Of a stretch of DNA of 64,000 nt, positions 12,864 to 25,036 are shown in pieces; position 1 is the stretch's first letter, and every line of letters begins with the position of its first letter. Location of the stretch: the NCBI RefSeq assembly GCF_003334765.1, contig NZ_QOWT01000003.1. One strand, written 5' to 3'. The DNA comes from Escherichia coli (lineage in GTDB: Bacteria > Pseudomonadota > Gammaproteobacteria > Enterobacterales > Enterobacteriaceae). The translations under genes were made by a program, and so were the position numbers. Under the pieces are notes generated by a model. The model did no database searches, had not been told where the DNA came from, and worked only from the letters and a program-made list of their open reading frames with translations.

Positions 12864-12882
12864 TTTTTAATTCTGAGGTGCT

Positions 12883-13689
12883 ATGTCTGTGGTAATTAGT
12901 GATGCATGGCGTCAGCGTTTTGGTGGCACAGCGCGTCTGTATGGTGAAAAAGCGTTGCAACTGTTTGCTGACGCGCATATTTGTGTGGTTGGTATCGGTG
13001 GTGTCGGTTCCTGGGCGGCGGAAGCGCTGGCGCGCACGGGGATTGGCGCAATCACGCTTATCGATATGGATGATGTGTGCGTCACCAATACCAATCGGCA
13101 AATTCATGCCCTGCGCGATAACGTTGGGCTGGCAAAAGCGGAAGTTATGGCGGAGCGTATTCGCCAGATTAACCCGGAGTGCCGTGTAACGGTGGTGGAT
13201 GATTTCGTGACGCCGGATAACGTAGCGCAGTATATGAGCGTGGGTTATTCGTACGTGATTGATGCCATTGATAGTGTACGGCCCAAAGCGGCGCTGATTG
13301 CTTATTGTCGGCGCAATAAAATCCCACTGGTCACAACCGGTGGCGCGGGTGGGCAGATTGATCCGACGCAGATTCAGGTTACCGATCTGGCGAAAACGAT
13401 TCAGGACCCGCTGGCGGCGAAGTTGCGCGAGCGCCTGAAAAGCGATTTTGGCGTAGTGAAAAACAGTAAAGGTAAGCTCGGCGTGGATTGCGTGTTTTCT
13501 ACTGAAGCGCTGGTGTACCCGCAGTCAGACGGTACGGTGTGTGCGATGAAAGCCACGGCAGAAGGGCCGAAGCGGATGGATTGTGCATCTGGATTTGGCG
13601 CGGCAACGATGGTGACCGCCACCTTTGGGTTTGTTGCGGTTTCTCATGCGCTGAAGAAGATGATGGCGAAAGCGGCGCGTCAGGGTTAA
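12883..13689 (+). CDS. tcdA: tRNA threonylcarbamoyladenosine dehydratase (ThiF/MoeB-like E1 fold)
   Basis: 268-aa ORF with nucleotide-binding motif GIGGVGS; recognised as TcdA (CsdL/YgdL). Confidence 0.9.
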   Translation: MSVVISDAWRQRFGGTARLYGEKALQLFADAHICVVGIGGVGSWAAEALARTGIGAITLIDMDDVCVTNTNRQIHALRDNVGLAKAEVMAERIRQINPECRVTVVDDFVTPDNVAQYMSVGYSYVIDAIDSVRPKAALIAYCRRNKIPLVTTGGAGGQIDPTQIQVTDLAKTIQDPLAAKLRERLKSDFGVVKNSKGKLGVDCVFSTEALVYPQSDGTVCAMKATAEGPKRMDCASGFGAATMVTATFGFVAVSHALKKMMAKAARQG

Positions 13690-13739
13690 ACAATCAGGTC
13701 GGATGAGACGCGAACGTCTTATCCGACCCGGTTCTGTGC

Positions 13740-14183
13740 TTAAACCTGCTTCGTCGCAGCGATAATCGCCTCGCTTAACGCATTTAACCCCTGGCTGCGT
13801 GAGGCGCTAAGCTGCGCACGTAATCCCAGCTCATCAAACAATGCCAGTGGTGACTGTGCCTGCAACTCGGCGGCGGTTTTCCCCTCAACGGCAGTCAACA
13901 ACACCGCCAGCAGGCCGCGCACAATGCGCCCTTCGCTGTCGCCAAAGAAATGCATTTTGCCGTTTTCAGCCACTGTATATCCCAGCCAGACGCGGTTTTC
14001 GCATCCGGCAATCTCTTTAGCCTGCGCTTTTAACTCGTCTGGCAATGCCGGAAGCTGTTTCCCCAGCATGATCAACTGGCGATATTTATCTTCCCATTGC
14101 GTCAACGGTGCGAAGGTATTGCGTAACGTTTCTGCGGTTACGGTTGTGCCGAACGGATGTCCGGCGAATTGCGGGTTTGTCAT
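13740..14183 (-). CDS. csdE: Sulfur acceptor protein CsdE (SufE-like)
   Basis: 147-aa ORF recognised as CsdE; immediately downstream of csdA with overlapping stop/start. Confidence 0.9.
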
Positions 14184-15388
14184 TAATCCACCAATAATTC
14201 CAGCGCGCGGTCAACGGCATTCACCAGCGCATCCACATCACTCTTTGTATTATATGGCGCAAAAGAGGCGCGCAGTGTGCCGGTTACGCCTAATTCTGCC
14301 AGTAGCGGCTGAGCGCAATGCTGCCCGGCCCGCAGGGCAATACCGTACTCCGCCAGCAGCGTCACCATATCGCTATGATGAACGCCAGCAAAATCAAAGG
14401 CCAGCAGGCTGGAATCCTGGCAGCGGAATGAACGAAAGCCGGGACGTTTCGCCAGCGCATCTTCCGCCAGCGTTGCTAAGCTACGGCTCCAGCTTTCGGC
14501 CTGGTTGATATCGTAATCTGCCAGCCATTCCAGCGCCGCGCTTAATCCTATGACACCAGCGACATTTGGCGTTCCAGCTTCCAGTTTCCACGGCGCAGAT
14601 TGAGTCGTGAAGCCGTCAAAACTCACTTCGTGAACCATTTTGCCGCCGCCCAGCCAGGGCGACATCGCCTCCAGCAGTTCTGATTTACCATACAGCACGC
14701 CGATACCTGTCGGGCCATACAGTTTGTGACCTGAAAAAGCATAGAAATCAATATCCAGTTGCTGAACATCCGCGGGGAAATGCACTGCCCCCTGAGCACC
14801 ATCAACCATCACCACCATCCCGGCTGAATGAGCAAAGGTAATCGCTCGCGCCAGATCCGGGCAACCGCCAGTAACGTTCGACATCTGACCCAACGCCAGA
14901 ATCCGACTACGGGGAGTAATCAGTTCTGGCAACAAATCGACATCCGGCAGTCGCTGCGCATTAAGCGGCAATTTCACCACTTTGGCTCCAGTTTGTTGGG
15001 CGACCATCAGCCAGGGGACGAGGTTGGCGTGGTGTTCTGCCACGCTGACAATAATCTCATCGCCCGGTTGCAGACGCGGACGCGCATAGCATTGTGCCAC
15101 CATGTTGATGGATTCAGTGGTGCCGCGCGTCCAGACGATAGTTTTATCATCCGGTGCATTCAGTAATTGCGCCACTTTCTCTCGTGCAGCTTCATAACGC
15201 GCGGTCAGGCGTTGGGCTTCGGCAAACTGGCTGCGATGGACGTTTCCGGCGCTCAGACTGTAAAACTGTTGGGTGGCTTCAACCACGGCTTCAGGTTTAA
15301 GCGCGGTCGCGGCGCTGTCGAGATAGACGCCCGCATCCTGTAGTGCGGGAAACTGGGCGCGAAACTGCGCGGGATTAAAAACGTTCAT
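14183..15388 (-). CDS. csdA: Cysteine desulfurase/sulfinate desulfinase CsdA (PLP-dependent)
   Basis: ORF track 14183..15424; the recognised start [16 protein letters not shown] is plus-strand CAT 15386-15388, giving 401 aa; class V aminotransferase fold. Confidence 0.92.
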
Positions 15389-15579
15389 GGTACTCCTCGG
15401 CTTGATGCACCGATCGTGACGCAAAATTCACTTTGATACAAGGAGAGTGCTAACCATCAGAATTATCTGGATATCCTGGCGAAGCCGCGTAAGTAACATA
15501 TGCTGAATAGTGTTAGGCGTTAATTTTAGCCTGTTAATCAATACTATTAAGATTTATTAATCACTTTAAGGAGAAGATG

Positions 15580-15807
15580 ATGAAAAAGACTGCCGCAATT
15601 ATTTCTGCCTGTATGCTGACTTTTGCCCTGAGCGCCTGTTCCGGTTCGAACTATGTGATGCACACCAATGACGGACGTACCATCGTCTCTGACGGCAAAC
15701 CACAGACTGATAACGATACCGGTATGATTTCGTATAAAGACGCTAATGGCAACAAACAGCAGATCAACCGTACTGACGTGAAAGAGATGGTCGAACTGGA
15801 TCAGTAA
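15580..15807 (+). CDS. ygdI: Small DUF903-family lipoprotein
   Basis: 75-aa ORF with lipobox LSAC; recognised as YgdI; start taken at the second of two tandem ATGs. Confidence 0.8.
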   Translation: MKKTAAIISACMLTFALSACSGSNYVMHTNDGRTIVSDGKPQTDNDTGMISYKDANGNKQQINRTDVKEMVELDQ

Positions 15808-15823
15808 TTCGCGATCGCAAGGT

Positions 15824-16029
15824 AAAAAAAAGCACCGCAATTAGGCGGTGCTACATTAATCACTATGGACAGACAGGGTAAATGTACAGGAAGTGAAAAA
15901 AGGTAGCTTTGCTACCATGGTCTGAATCGCAGACCAATTGCAAACACAACAACACAACATCACAACCGTAAGCCAAAAGTTCACCAGAACACGCATTCCG
16001 ATAAAACTTTTCGTTCCGGCTCAGGAAGT
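15824..16029 (-). ncRNA. gcvB: GcvB small regulatory RNA (Hfq-dependent, regulates amino-acid transporters)
   Basis: Reverse complement reads ACTTCCTGAGCCGGAACGAAAAG...GCACCGCCTAATTGCGGTGCTTTTTTT, the 206-nt GcvB sequence with GU-rich R1 region and intrinsic terminator; divergent from gcvA. Confidence 0.92.
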
Positions 16030-16157
16030 GCCGCCACTATAGGTATTTGCTGGTAGAAGCTCAACGGACAATTTATAATGGCTAAGATTAAAAAAACTAA
16101 TAGGTTACATAGTGTGATCTAATTGTTAAATTCATTTAACATCAAAGTTTAATAGCC

Positions 16158-17075
16158 ATGTCTAAACGATTACCACCGCTAAATGCCTTACGAGTTTTTG
16201 ATGCCGCAGCACGCCATTTAAGTTTCACTCGCGCAGCAGAAGAGCTTTTTGTGACCCAAGCCGCAGTAAGTCATCAAATCAAGTCTCTTGAGGATTTTTT
16301 GGGGCTAAAACTGTTCCGCCGCCGTAATCGTTCACTCCTGCTGACCGAGGAAGGGCAAAGCTATTTCCTCGATATCAAAGAGATATTTTCGCAATTAACC
16401 GAAGCGACGCGTAAACTCCAGGCCCGTAGCGCCAAGGGGGCGTTGACGGTCAGTTTACTCCCCAGTTTCGCCATTCATTGGTTGGTTCCGCGACTTTCCA
16501 GCTTTAATTCAGCTTATCCGGGAATTGACGTTCGAATCCAGGCGGTTGATCGTCAGGAAGATAAGCTGGCGGATGATGTTGATGTGGCGATATTTTATGG
16601 TCGGGGCAACTGGCCGGGGCTACGGGTGGAAAAACTGTACGCCGAATATTTATTGCCGGTGTGTTCGCCGCTACTGCTGACTGGCGAAAAACCCTTGAAG
16701 ACACCGGAAGATCTGGCTAAACATACGTTATTACATGATGCTTCGCGCCGTGACTGGCAGACATATACCCGACAGTTGGGGTTAAATCATATCAACGTTC
16801 AGCAAGGGCCAATTTTTAGCCATAGCGCCATGGTGCTGCAAGCGGCTATCCACGGGCAGGGAGTGGCGCTGGCAAATAACGTGATGGCGCAATCTGAAAT
16901 CGAGGCCGGACGTCTTGTTTGCCCGTTTAATGATGTTCTGGTCAGTAAAAATGCTTTTTATCTGGTTTGTCATGACAGTCAGGCAGAACTGGGTAAAATA
17001 GCCGCCTTTCGCCAATGGATCCTGGCGAAAGCCGCTGCTGAACAAGAAAAATTCCGCTTTCGTTATGAACAATAA
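16158..17075 (+). CDS. gcvA: LysR-family transcriptional regulator of the glycine cleavage system
   Basis: 305-aa ORF with N-terminal LysR helix-turn-helix; recognised as GcvA. Confidence 0.95.
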   Translation: MSKRLPPLNALRVFDAAARHLSFTRAAEELFVTQAAVSHQIKSLEDFLGLKLFRRRNRSLLLTEEGQSYFLDIKEIFSQLTEATRKLQARSAKGALTVSLLPSFAIHWLVPRLSSFNSAYPGIDVRIQAVDRQEDKLADDVDVAIFYGRGNWPGLRVEKLYAEYLLPVCSPLLLTGEKPLKTPEDLAKHTLLHDASRRDWQTYTRQLGLNHINVQQGPIFSHSAMVLQAAIHGQGVALANNVMAQSEIEAGRLVCPFNDVLVSKNAFYLVCHDSQAELGKIAAFRQWILAKAAAEQEKFRFRYEQ

Positions 17076-17093
17076 TTTACGTAGGGTACGACC

Positions 17094-17489
17094 ATGACCA
17101 GCCGTTTTATGCTGATTTTCGCCGCCATTAGCGGCTTCATTTTTGTGGCTCTGGGCGCTTTTGGCGCGCATGTGTTAAGTAAAACCATGGGGGCCGTTGA
17201 GATGGGCTGGATCCAGACCGGCCTCGAATACCAGGCGTTTCATACGCTGGCGATCTTAGGTCTGGCGGTGGCAATGCAGCGTCGCATCAGTATCTGGTTT
17301 TACTGGAGTAGCGTTTTCCTCGCGTTAGGCACGGTGTTGTTCAGCGGCAGCCTTTATTGCCTGGCGCTGTCCCATCTGCGTTTGTGGGCGTTTGTCACTC
17401 CGGTTGGCGGCGTGAGCTTCCTCGCGGGCTGGGCGTTAATGTTAGTTGGTGCTATCCGTTTAAAGCGCAAGGGCGTAAGTCATGAATAA
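17094..17489 (+). CDS. ygdD: DUF423 inner-membrane protein
   Basis: 131-aa hydrophobic ORF recognised as YgdD; overlaps rlmM start by 8 nt. Confidence 0.85.
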
Positions 17490-18582
17490 GGTTGTATTGC
17501 TGTGCCGTCCGGGCTTTGAAAAAGAGTGCGCCGCAGAAATTACCGATAAAGCCGGCCAGCGGGAAATTTTCGGTTTTGCCCGCGTGAAAGAGAATGCGGG
17601 TTATGTCATTTATGAATGTTATCAACCTGATGATGGCGATAAGTTAATCCGTGAGCTGCCGTTCAGTTCATTAATTTTTGCCCGCCAGTGGTTTGTGGTG
17701 GGGGAACTCCTGCAGCATTTGCCGCCAGAAGATCGTATTACCCCCATTGTCGGCATGTTACAGGGCGTAGTAGAGAAGGGCGGTGAACTGCGTGTTGAAG
17801 TTGCCGATACCAACGAAAGCAAAGAGTTACTGAAATTCTGCCGTAAATTTACTGTTCCGCTACGCGCTGCCTTGCGCGATGCCGGGGTGCTGGCGAACTA
17901 TGAAACGCCGAAGCGTCCGGTTGTGCATGTATTCTTTATTGCACCAGGCTGCTGCTATACCGGTTACTCATACAGCAACAATAATTCGCCGTTCTATATG
18001 GGCATTCCGCGCCTGAAATTTCCGGCAGATGCGCCGAGTCGTTCCACGCTCAAACTGGAAGAGGCATTTCATGTGTTTATTCCTGCGGATGAGTGGGATG
18101 AACGCCTGGCGAACGGGATGTGGGCGGTGGATTTAGGCGCTTGCCCTGGCGGCTGGACCTACCAACTGGTGAAGCGCAACATGTGGGTTTATTCCGTCGA
18201 CAACGGCCCGATGGCGCAAAGTCTGATGGATACCGGACAGGTGACGTGGCTGCGGGAAGACGGTTTCAAATTCCGTCCGACGCGCAGCAATATCTCCTGG
18301 ATGGTATGCGATATGGTTGAAAAACCGGCGAAAGTTGCGGCATTGATGGCGCAGTGGCTGGTTAATGGCTGGTGCCGTGAAACCATTTTCAACCTCAAAC
18401 TGCCGATGAAAAAACGCTACGAAGAAGTGTCACACAATCTGGCGTATATTCAGGCACAGCTTGATGAACATGGCATAAATGCTCAGATTCAGGCGCGGCA
18501 GTTGTATCACGATCGCGAAGAAGTGACGGTGCACGTCCGCCGCATCTGGGCTGCGGTGGGTGGTCGTCGCGACGAGCGATAA
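17482..18582 (+). CDS. rlmM: 23S rRNA 2'-O-ribose C2498 methyltransferase
   Basis: 366-aa ORF recognised as RlmM (YgdE). Confidence 0.9.
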
Positions 18583-18625
18583 CAGGCAAGGCCGGGGCGT
18601 CGTCTCCGGCCTGCTACCCTTTCCG

Positions 18626-19357
18626 TCAGGCTGTTACCAAAGAAGTTGCAACCTGGCGCTCATCAGAAATAATGTGCGTTACCTCATCCAGATGCCCGAT
18701 GCGGGCTTCCCCTGAACGATTAAATTTACTTTTATCAATCAATAACAACGATTGCGCGGCACGTTTTAATAGCATCGATTTGTAATCAGCGTTGATCGCA
18801 TTGGAGTCCCACAGTGCGCCGCTGCTATCGATCCCTTCACAAGAAAAAATAAACAGATCGATTTCCAGCGATTTAAGTTGGGAAATCAGCGAGGGATTGA
18901 CGTAACAGCCATATTTGCGCTCAAGTGTGCCGCCGGAACTGATCAGTTGAATGCGTTCGCGTTTACCGAGTTCATGGCAAATCGGATGGCTATTGGTGAA
19001 GACCTGAATGTTGATGTCAGGCAACTGGCGTGCCAGATACCAGCAAGTTGAACTGGCGTCTAAGGCTATCACCATCCCTTCTTCAATCCACGCGAGCGCC
19101 TCGCGCGCGATATCTGCTTTATGCGCATAATGGCTTTTCAGCCTGATGTGAAAGGGATCGCCACTGTCTTGATTTTGACGGTGGATATATTTAGCGCGTC
19201 CATGATTGCGCAGAATTTTACCCTGCGTCTGTAATTCATTGAGATCGCGACGAATGGTTTCTTTACTGACCTTTAGCTGTTCAGAGAGAGCTTCCGTGGT
19301 CAGGCTGGTATGGTTCAGCAGCAGGTCGACTATCGCTTGCTGGCGTGCCGCTTTCAT
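18626..19357 (-). CDS. fucR: DeoR-family activator of the L-fucose regulon
   Basis: ORF track begins MKNMKAARQQ; the recognised FucR N-terminus MKAARQQAIVDLL gives 243 aa; N-terminal DeoR HTH. Confidence 0.9.
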   Translation of the reverse strand: MKAARQQAIVDLLLNHTSLTTEALSEQLKVSKETIRRDLNELQTQGKILRNHGRAKYIHRQNQDSGDPFHIRLKSHYAHKADIAREALAWIEEGMVIALDASSTCWYLARQLPDINIQVFTNSHPICHELGKRERIQLISSGGTLERKYGCYVNPSLISQLKSLEIDLFIFSCEGIDSSGALWDSNAINADYKSMLLKRAAQSLLLIDKSKFNRSGEARIGHLDEVTHIISDERQVATSLVTA

Positions 19358-19414
19358 ATTTTTCACCCCATCATTCGATAACCGCCCGCGTCATGCGGGC
19401 GTACCGGTATGAGA

Positions 19415-19837
19415 TTACGGTGTTACCCCTTTTTTTAAAAGAATATTCCCGTACTTCGCTCGTTCGCCTGTGATAACGATCGCAAAGGCTTTTTGCGCCC
19501 GTTCATAAAACGCAAAACGATTGATGCGGATGATGTCAGGACACGGGGCTTGTAGTGAAAGCGCATTACGGTAACGTCGTTCTACTTCAGGATCGAGAGT
19601 GTCACCTTCTACCGCCGCCATCATCACCAGCGGCGGTGCATAACTGTCCAGTTCAAATAACGGGATAATCGCCTGGAGCAAGTCGCTCACCAACAGGCCA
19701 TCAGCGCGGATCACCTGCGGTCCCATCGAATGGGCGGGAAAGTGAGCATCGGAAAAAATAATTTCATCTCCATGTCCCATCTCTGCCAGCACTTTCAATA
19801 GTTCGGGAGAAATTAACGGCGAAATTGTTTTCAGCAT
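19415..19837 (-). CDS. fucU: L-fucose mutarotase
   Basis: 140-aa ORF recognised as FucU (RbsD/FucU family). Confidence 0.9.
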
Positions 19838-19838
19838 T

Positions 19839-21287
19839 TCACACTTCCTCTATAAATTCAGGTTCAGTTTGCGGGTAGAAATAACGGTACTGATAATGAA
19901 TCTGTGCGCGGGCTTCTTCCGGGCTGTTAAATTCCCCTACGCCATACCAACCGAACAGCGCAGCTCCTGCGACGGTCGTTTCGGCGTCGTCGAGAACTTT
20001 TACCGGAATATCAAGCATATTGGCTTTAATCTGATTCCACAATGTGTTGCGACTTCCTCCACCGACTAACAATAATTCAGAGGCCTTAAAGTGCCCGATT
20101 TTTTCCAGCATCTGTAGATTGCGCTGTAATTGCGCAGTTAACCCTTCCAGCGCCGCGCGATAGAAATGCCCCCGCGTGGTATTAAGCGTCACTCCTTGCC
20201 AGCCAGCGTTCTGACACGACAATAAATCACACTGCATTTTTACGCCATCCGCGCCAGGCGCGATCAGACGAGCTTCTTCAATCAACATTTGCCAGGGTGT
20301 TTCAGCCGTCCAGAACAGTTTTCTCACCCATTCCAGCACGCCGGATGCCAGCCATTGCATACCTGGGTTATACAACCCTGCCTGGCTATCCAGTTCGCAG
20401 GTGGAACCGGCGTACTGACTTAACAGCGAAGTATCAACCTGGGCGCTGCGAACCATTAAAATTTCCCATGTACCGGAAGAGAGCACGGGTTCATTTTGTT
20501 CAGCACCAGCGCCAAAAAGGGCGAACTGGGTATCGTGACCTGCGGAAATCACCGGTATGCCAACGGGTAAGCCGAGCATTGCTGCGGCGCTGTTCTGTAG
20601 CGTACCAATCTGTTCACCCGCTTCCACCAGACGAGGGAAGAGTCGGCGTGGAATACCGGTGGCTTGTAAAATTTGCGGACTGAAATCGCGTTGCTGGATA
20701 TCCAGCATCTGGCTGGTTCCGGCCATCGTGATATCAGTAGTGAATTCGCCGGTTAAACGGTGGTTAATCAGCGACGAAATAAAGAGCCAGGCGTGCGCGC
20801 GTTCCAGCAGTTGTGGATGATTTTCTTTCAACCACACCAACTTATATAACGTATTGAAACTAAAGGCTCCGACGCCAGAAATAGCCTGCAACCGCTGTGC
20901 GGAGATTAACCGTTCAATATTGTCCATAACCGCTGCTGTTCGCGGACATTTCCAGCTAATAATCGGATAGAGCAGATTGCCTTGCTTATCTACCAGAGCG
21001 CCATCCACACCAAAGGTGGTGACGGCGATACCGCGGATGTGGCATTCAGTCAGTTCACTATTGATTTGCCGACAGCAATCAGCAAAGCGTTGCAAAATGG
21101 CGTCTAAAGACCACTGGTGCCAGGTGTTGTTTTCCATCGCGATATCGCTGGCATTAGGCGTTGAGGCGCGGGCAACAATTTTGCCCTGCCGATTAACCGC
21201 GATGGCCCTGACATTGGTCGCGCCACAGTCGAGTACCAGGATAACTTCTTGTTTCATAATCGCTCCTGCAATATAGCCGGATAACAT
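19839..21287 (-). CDS. fucK: L-fuculokinase (FGGY carbohydrate kinase)
   Basis: 482-aa ORF; an internal Met at [17 protein letters not shown] (start 21257) is a plausible alternative start. Confidence 0.9.
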
Positions 21288-21365
21288 TGCTTATCCGGCT
21301 AACCACTCTTGCTTGTTCAGGCCCGGTAGCCGGAGCGACCGGGCATCACATCAGGGAGTAATGTA

Positions 21366-23141
21366 TTAACGCTTGTACAACGGACCGTAGTTCTGGCAAG
21401 CGCGGTAATCCTGGCCTTCAATATCCATGCCGTGCGCAGCCCAGGCAGAAGGACGATACACTTTGGTCTCTTCAACGTTGTGCATACATACCGGGATACG
21501 CAGCATGGAGGCGAGAGTGATAAAGTCTGCGCCAACGTGGCCGATGGTCAGAACCCCATGGTTAGCGCCCCAGTTCGCCATTACCGAGTACACATCCGTA
21601 AACGGCCCTTTACCGGTGAGGCGCGGTGCAAACCAGGTGGTTGGCCAGGTTGAGTTGGTGCGTTTGTTGAGGATGTCATGCACATCCTTCGGCAATTCCA
21701 CGCTCCAGCCTTCCGCGATTTGCAGTACCGGTCCCAGGCCTTTGATGATGTTGACACGAGTCATGGTGAACGGGACGCCGCCTTCGGTAAGGAAGCGGGA
21801 AGAGTAACCGCCGCCACGGAAGTATTCGTGGATCGCCGGGCACCATTCGGTAGCGGCGAGGCAAGCGTCAGCCTCTTGCTGAGAGATTTCCCAGTGTGGC
21901 TTCATCGTCGGGTTACCTTCGCTGTCGCGTTGTTTACAGGAACCGTCCAGCGCAGCAGAACCGGAGTTGATCAAATGGATGATGCCGTGTTCTGCCAGTC
22001 CATCCAGTTTATGCCCCGTTACACGCTCAATTGCTTCTGGTGACCAGTAGGTACGCACATCGGCAAATACCTGAGCGGTGCCGGTGAGCTGGTGACCCAT
22101 TAGCATTGCCACGCCGTTAAGACTGTCGTTTTCGGTCGCCACGACAAAGGGTTCGCGCACGCCATTCCAGTCAAATGAACTGTTGAGGATCGCTTCGGCG
22201 GTGTCACCATTGGGATATTGATCGGTCCAGTGACGTTGCCCCTGGAAGCCCGCAGCGATGGCGTTGTAGCCAAGTGATTCTTCCACGCGACCAATATCGG
22301 CCAGTTTGCTGTTGCCTTGCATCATGTCGCGGATACACATCGCCATCAGTAAACTTTCGCGCAGAACTGCGCGGCTTTGCTCGGCATTACGTTGATACTG
22401 TTTGTTATTTTCATCTTCGCCATAGCGGAAGTTTTTATCAGCCCAGGCCAGTGCCATTTCCAATTCGGCTTCGTCGTAAATCTTCTGATCGATACGGCGA
22501 CGCAGTTCGGTCATATCCACCGCCTGGACTTTCATTCCCAGCCAGGATTCAAAGAAGTTGTGATCAACAATGGAACCGGCGATACCCATCGAAACGCCGC
22601 CCAGCGACAGATAGCTTTTACCTTTCATGCTGGCGACGGCCAAACCGGCGCGGGCAAAGCGCAGCAGTTTTTCTTCAACATCGGCAGGAATCGATGTGTC
22701 ATCGGCATCCTGAACGTCATGACCGTAAATGGAGAATGCTGGGATGCCTTTCTGGCTGTGAGCTGCCAGAGCCGCTGCCAGGTAAACAGCGCCGGGGCGT
22801 TCAGTGCCGTTAAAGCCCCAAATGGCCTTCGGGCGGGTTGGATCCATGTCGATGGTTTCACTGCCATAGCACCAGCAAGGCGTTACCGTAATGGTGAGGC
22901 CTACATTCTGACTGCTGAATTTTTCTTCGCAAGCAGCGGCTTCAGCCATACCCGCGATACAGGTATCGGAAATGACACACTCGACGGCAGCTCCGCAGGC
23001 ATGGCGCAGTTTCTCGGTCAGCAGTGCGGCCGTAGCTTTCGCCATATTCATTGTTTGTTCTTCAAGCGACTCACGAACACCCATGCGACGACCGTCAATA
23101 ACCGGGCGGATACCAATTTTCGGTAAGCTGATTTTTTTCAT
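21366..23141 (-). CDS. fucI: L-fucose isomerase
   Basis: 591-aa ORF recognised as FucI. Confidence 0.95.
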   Translation of the reverse strand: MKKISLPKIGIRPVIDGRRMGVRESLEEQTMNMAKATAALLTEKLRHACGAAVECVISDTCIAGMAEAAACEEKFSSQNVGLTITVTPCWCYGSETIDMDPTRPKAIWGFNGTERPGAVYLAAALAAHSQKGIPAFSIYGHDVQDADDTSIPADVEEKLLRFARAGLAVASMKGKSYLSLGGVSMGIAGSIVDHNFFESWLGMKVQAVDMTELRRRIDQKIYDEAELEMALAWADKNFRYGEDENNKQYQRNAEQSRAVLRESLLMAMCIRDMMQGNSKLADIGRVEESLGYNAIAAGFQGQRHWTDQYPNGDTAEAILNSSFDWNGVREPFVVATENDSLNGVAMLMGHQLTGTAQVFADVRTYWSPEAIERVTGHKLDGLAEHGIIHLINSGSAALDGSCKQRDSEGNPTMKPHWEISQQEADACLAATEWCPAIHEYFRGGGYSSRFLTEGGVPFTMTRVNIIKGLGPVLQIAEGWSVELPKDVHDILNKRTNSTWPTTWFAPRLTGKGPFTDVYSVMANWGANHGVLTIGHVGADFITLASMLRIPVCMHNVEETKVYRPSAWAAHGMDIEGQDYRACQNYGPLYKR

Positions 23142-23173
23142 TACAGATTCCTCACTTTATTCGGAAAATATGT

Positions 23174-24490
23174 TCAGTTAGTTGCCGTTTGAGAACGGAA
23201 ACGGGCAAAGATAAAGATGACCGCGAAGCAGAGTGCGGGGATCAGTTCAGCAGTGGGGATGTTGCCCGCCGCGTCACTGACAAAACCCATGACCGGAGTG
23301 ACAATACCGCCGCCAATAATGGTCATAACGATGAAGGACGAACCATATTTGGTGTCCTGGCCGAGATTCTTAATGCCCAGCGAGAAGATTGTTGGGTACT
23401 GAATCGACATAAAGGCGCTGCATAAAGTCAGGGCTATTAAGCCCACATGACCGCCAGCGAAGGCTGAGATCAGGCACAGTGCCATAGCGATTAATGCGTA
23501 GGCGGCCAGGACTTTGTGTGGTGCGAAGCGACTGATGAGCCAGGTACCGGTGAAACGACCAATAAAGAAGCACACCATGGTTCCGGTTAAATAGTTAGCG
23601 GCAAAGCCTGCAGTCATACCTGGAATTTCTTCTACAGCGTAGCGAATCAAATAGCTCCAGCAGGCCGTTTGTGCGCCGACATAGCAGAATTGCGCTAATA
23701 CCGCCCAGCGCCAGTGGCGAATACGCGCCAGGCGAGAAAGCGATGCGGAGAACGATCCTTGTTTGGCGTCACTGTGATTATCACTCTGCAATGCCGGGAA
23801 TTTCGTCAGCATGATCAGCAGGGCGACCAGTAACACGATAGCCACGATGATCATATAAGGTGTCTGTACCGATAATACCAGGCTGTGTTTATACGCACTC
23901 AATTGCTCTGGAGACATTTTATCGAGAACGTCTTGCGATTGATGTGGCACGTTAGACAAAATAAGACTTTGCCCAAAGACAACCGCGATAATTGCGCCAA
24001 ACGAGTTAAATGTTTGCGCAAGATTTAAGCGGAAGTGACCACTACTTTCCGGCCCTAATACCGTAACAAAAGGGTTTGCGGCAGTTTCCAGACAACCTAA
24101 TCCGGCTGCAATAATAAATAGGCCAACTAAAAATAAGGTGTAGTTCATTATTTCTGCGGCGGGCCAGAATAATGCAGCACCCAAGGCATATAAAAATAAC
24201 CCGGTAATAATCCCTGCTTTATAACTGAGTTTTTTCATCAATATCCCAGCAGGGATTGGGATAATGAAATAACCAAAGTAAAAGGCCGATTGGATCAGGC
24301 CAGCCTGGAAATTTGTCAGCGTAAAAGCCTGCTGGAATTGAGGTAATAAAATGTCGTTAAGGTTATTGGCTACCGCCCAAAGAAAAAACAGTGAGCACAG
24401 CAGCGCGAATGGAATAATGTAACTTCTGCTTTGCCCTGCATCTTTATCTACCGCACGGTAACTCTGCGTTTGTATTGATGTGTTTCCCAT
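23174..24490 (-). CDS. fucP: L-fucose:H+ symporter (MFS)
   Basis: 438-aa polytopic membrane ORF recognised as FucP. Confidence 0.95.
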   Translation of the reverse strand: MGNTSIQTQSYRAVDKDAGQSRSYIIPFALLCSLFFLWAVANNLNDILLPQFQQAFTLTNFQAGLIQSAFYFGYFIIPIPAGILMKKLSYKAGIITGLFLYALGAALFWPAAEIMNYTLFLVGLFIIAAGLGCLETAANPFVTVLGPESSGHFRLNLAQTFNSFGAIIAVVFGQSLILSNVPHQSQDVLDKMSPEQLSAYKHSLVLSVQTPYMIIVAIVLLVALLIMLTKFPALQSDNHSDAKQGSFSASLSRLARIRHWRWAVLAQFCYVGAQTACWSYLIRYAVEEIPGMTAGFAANYLTGTMVCFFIGRFTGTWLISRFAPHKVLAAYALIAMALCLISAFAGGHVGLIALTLCSAFMSIQYPTIFSLGIKNLGQDTKYGSSFIVMTIIGGGIVTPVMGFVSDAAGNIPTAELIPALCFAVIFIFARFRSQTATN

Positions 24491-24678
24491 AGCATCCTCT
24501 TAGGTTCAGAAGCTTAAGCACGTAATCGGTTATGTTTTCAAAAGTGCAAAACCAGCGAGTTCGGGCTTCATATCAGTGAATATTTGCCTGTCTGAAATGA
24601 ACTCATGGATTCATTTTCAAATAAAAAACGCTCTGTAATATGACGGCGGTCACACTTATTAGCTAGAAGGTGACTTTA

Positions 24679-24694
24679 TGTGACTACCATCACT
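24679..24694. promoter_or_regulatory. CRP-like site in the fucPIK/fucAO divergent control region
   Basis: TGTGA-CTACCA-TCACT seen in sequence; one mismatch from the TGTGA-N6-TCACA consensus. Confidence 0.5.
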
Positions 24695-24752
24695 TTAATA
24701 ATCGAAATTTCATGCCCGTTTCAGAAAATAAATCATAAAAAACACAAATCAG

Positions 24753-24847
24753 ATGACCGTATTAATTGTTTGTGCCGAAAACGGTCATTCCGGGCTTGGA
24801 GGAATAGAAAAATGACCGTTTTGATAAATATTTTTAAGAGCGGTCAT
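24753..24847. promoter_or_regulatory. Four evenly spaced ATGACCGT/ACGGTCAT half-sites in alternating orientation (putative FucR operators)
   Basis: ATGACCGT at 24753-24760 and 24812-24819; ACGGTCAT at 24781-24788 and (C)GGTCAT at 24841-24847; about 30-bp periodicity. Confidence 0.45.
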
Positions 24848-25036
24848 TTTTAATGGGGTTATAAAAAGAGAACTTGCAGTTATTTACTGTGATTAGTTGA
24901 ACCAGGTCACAAAATATAAGCTTGTGAATTTCTTTCTTGTTAATCAGGAAGAAGATGGTGGGTAATTAAACGGCTAATTCAATAGTGTGAAAGGAACAAC
25001 ATTATTGCCCTGTTTTGAATCAGAGAGAGGTAGCTA

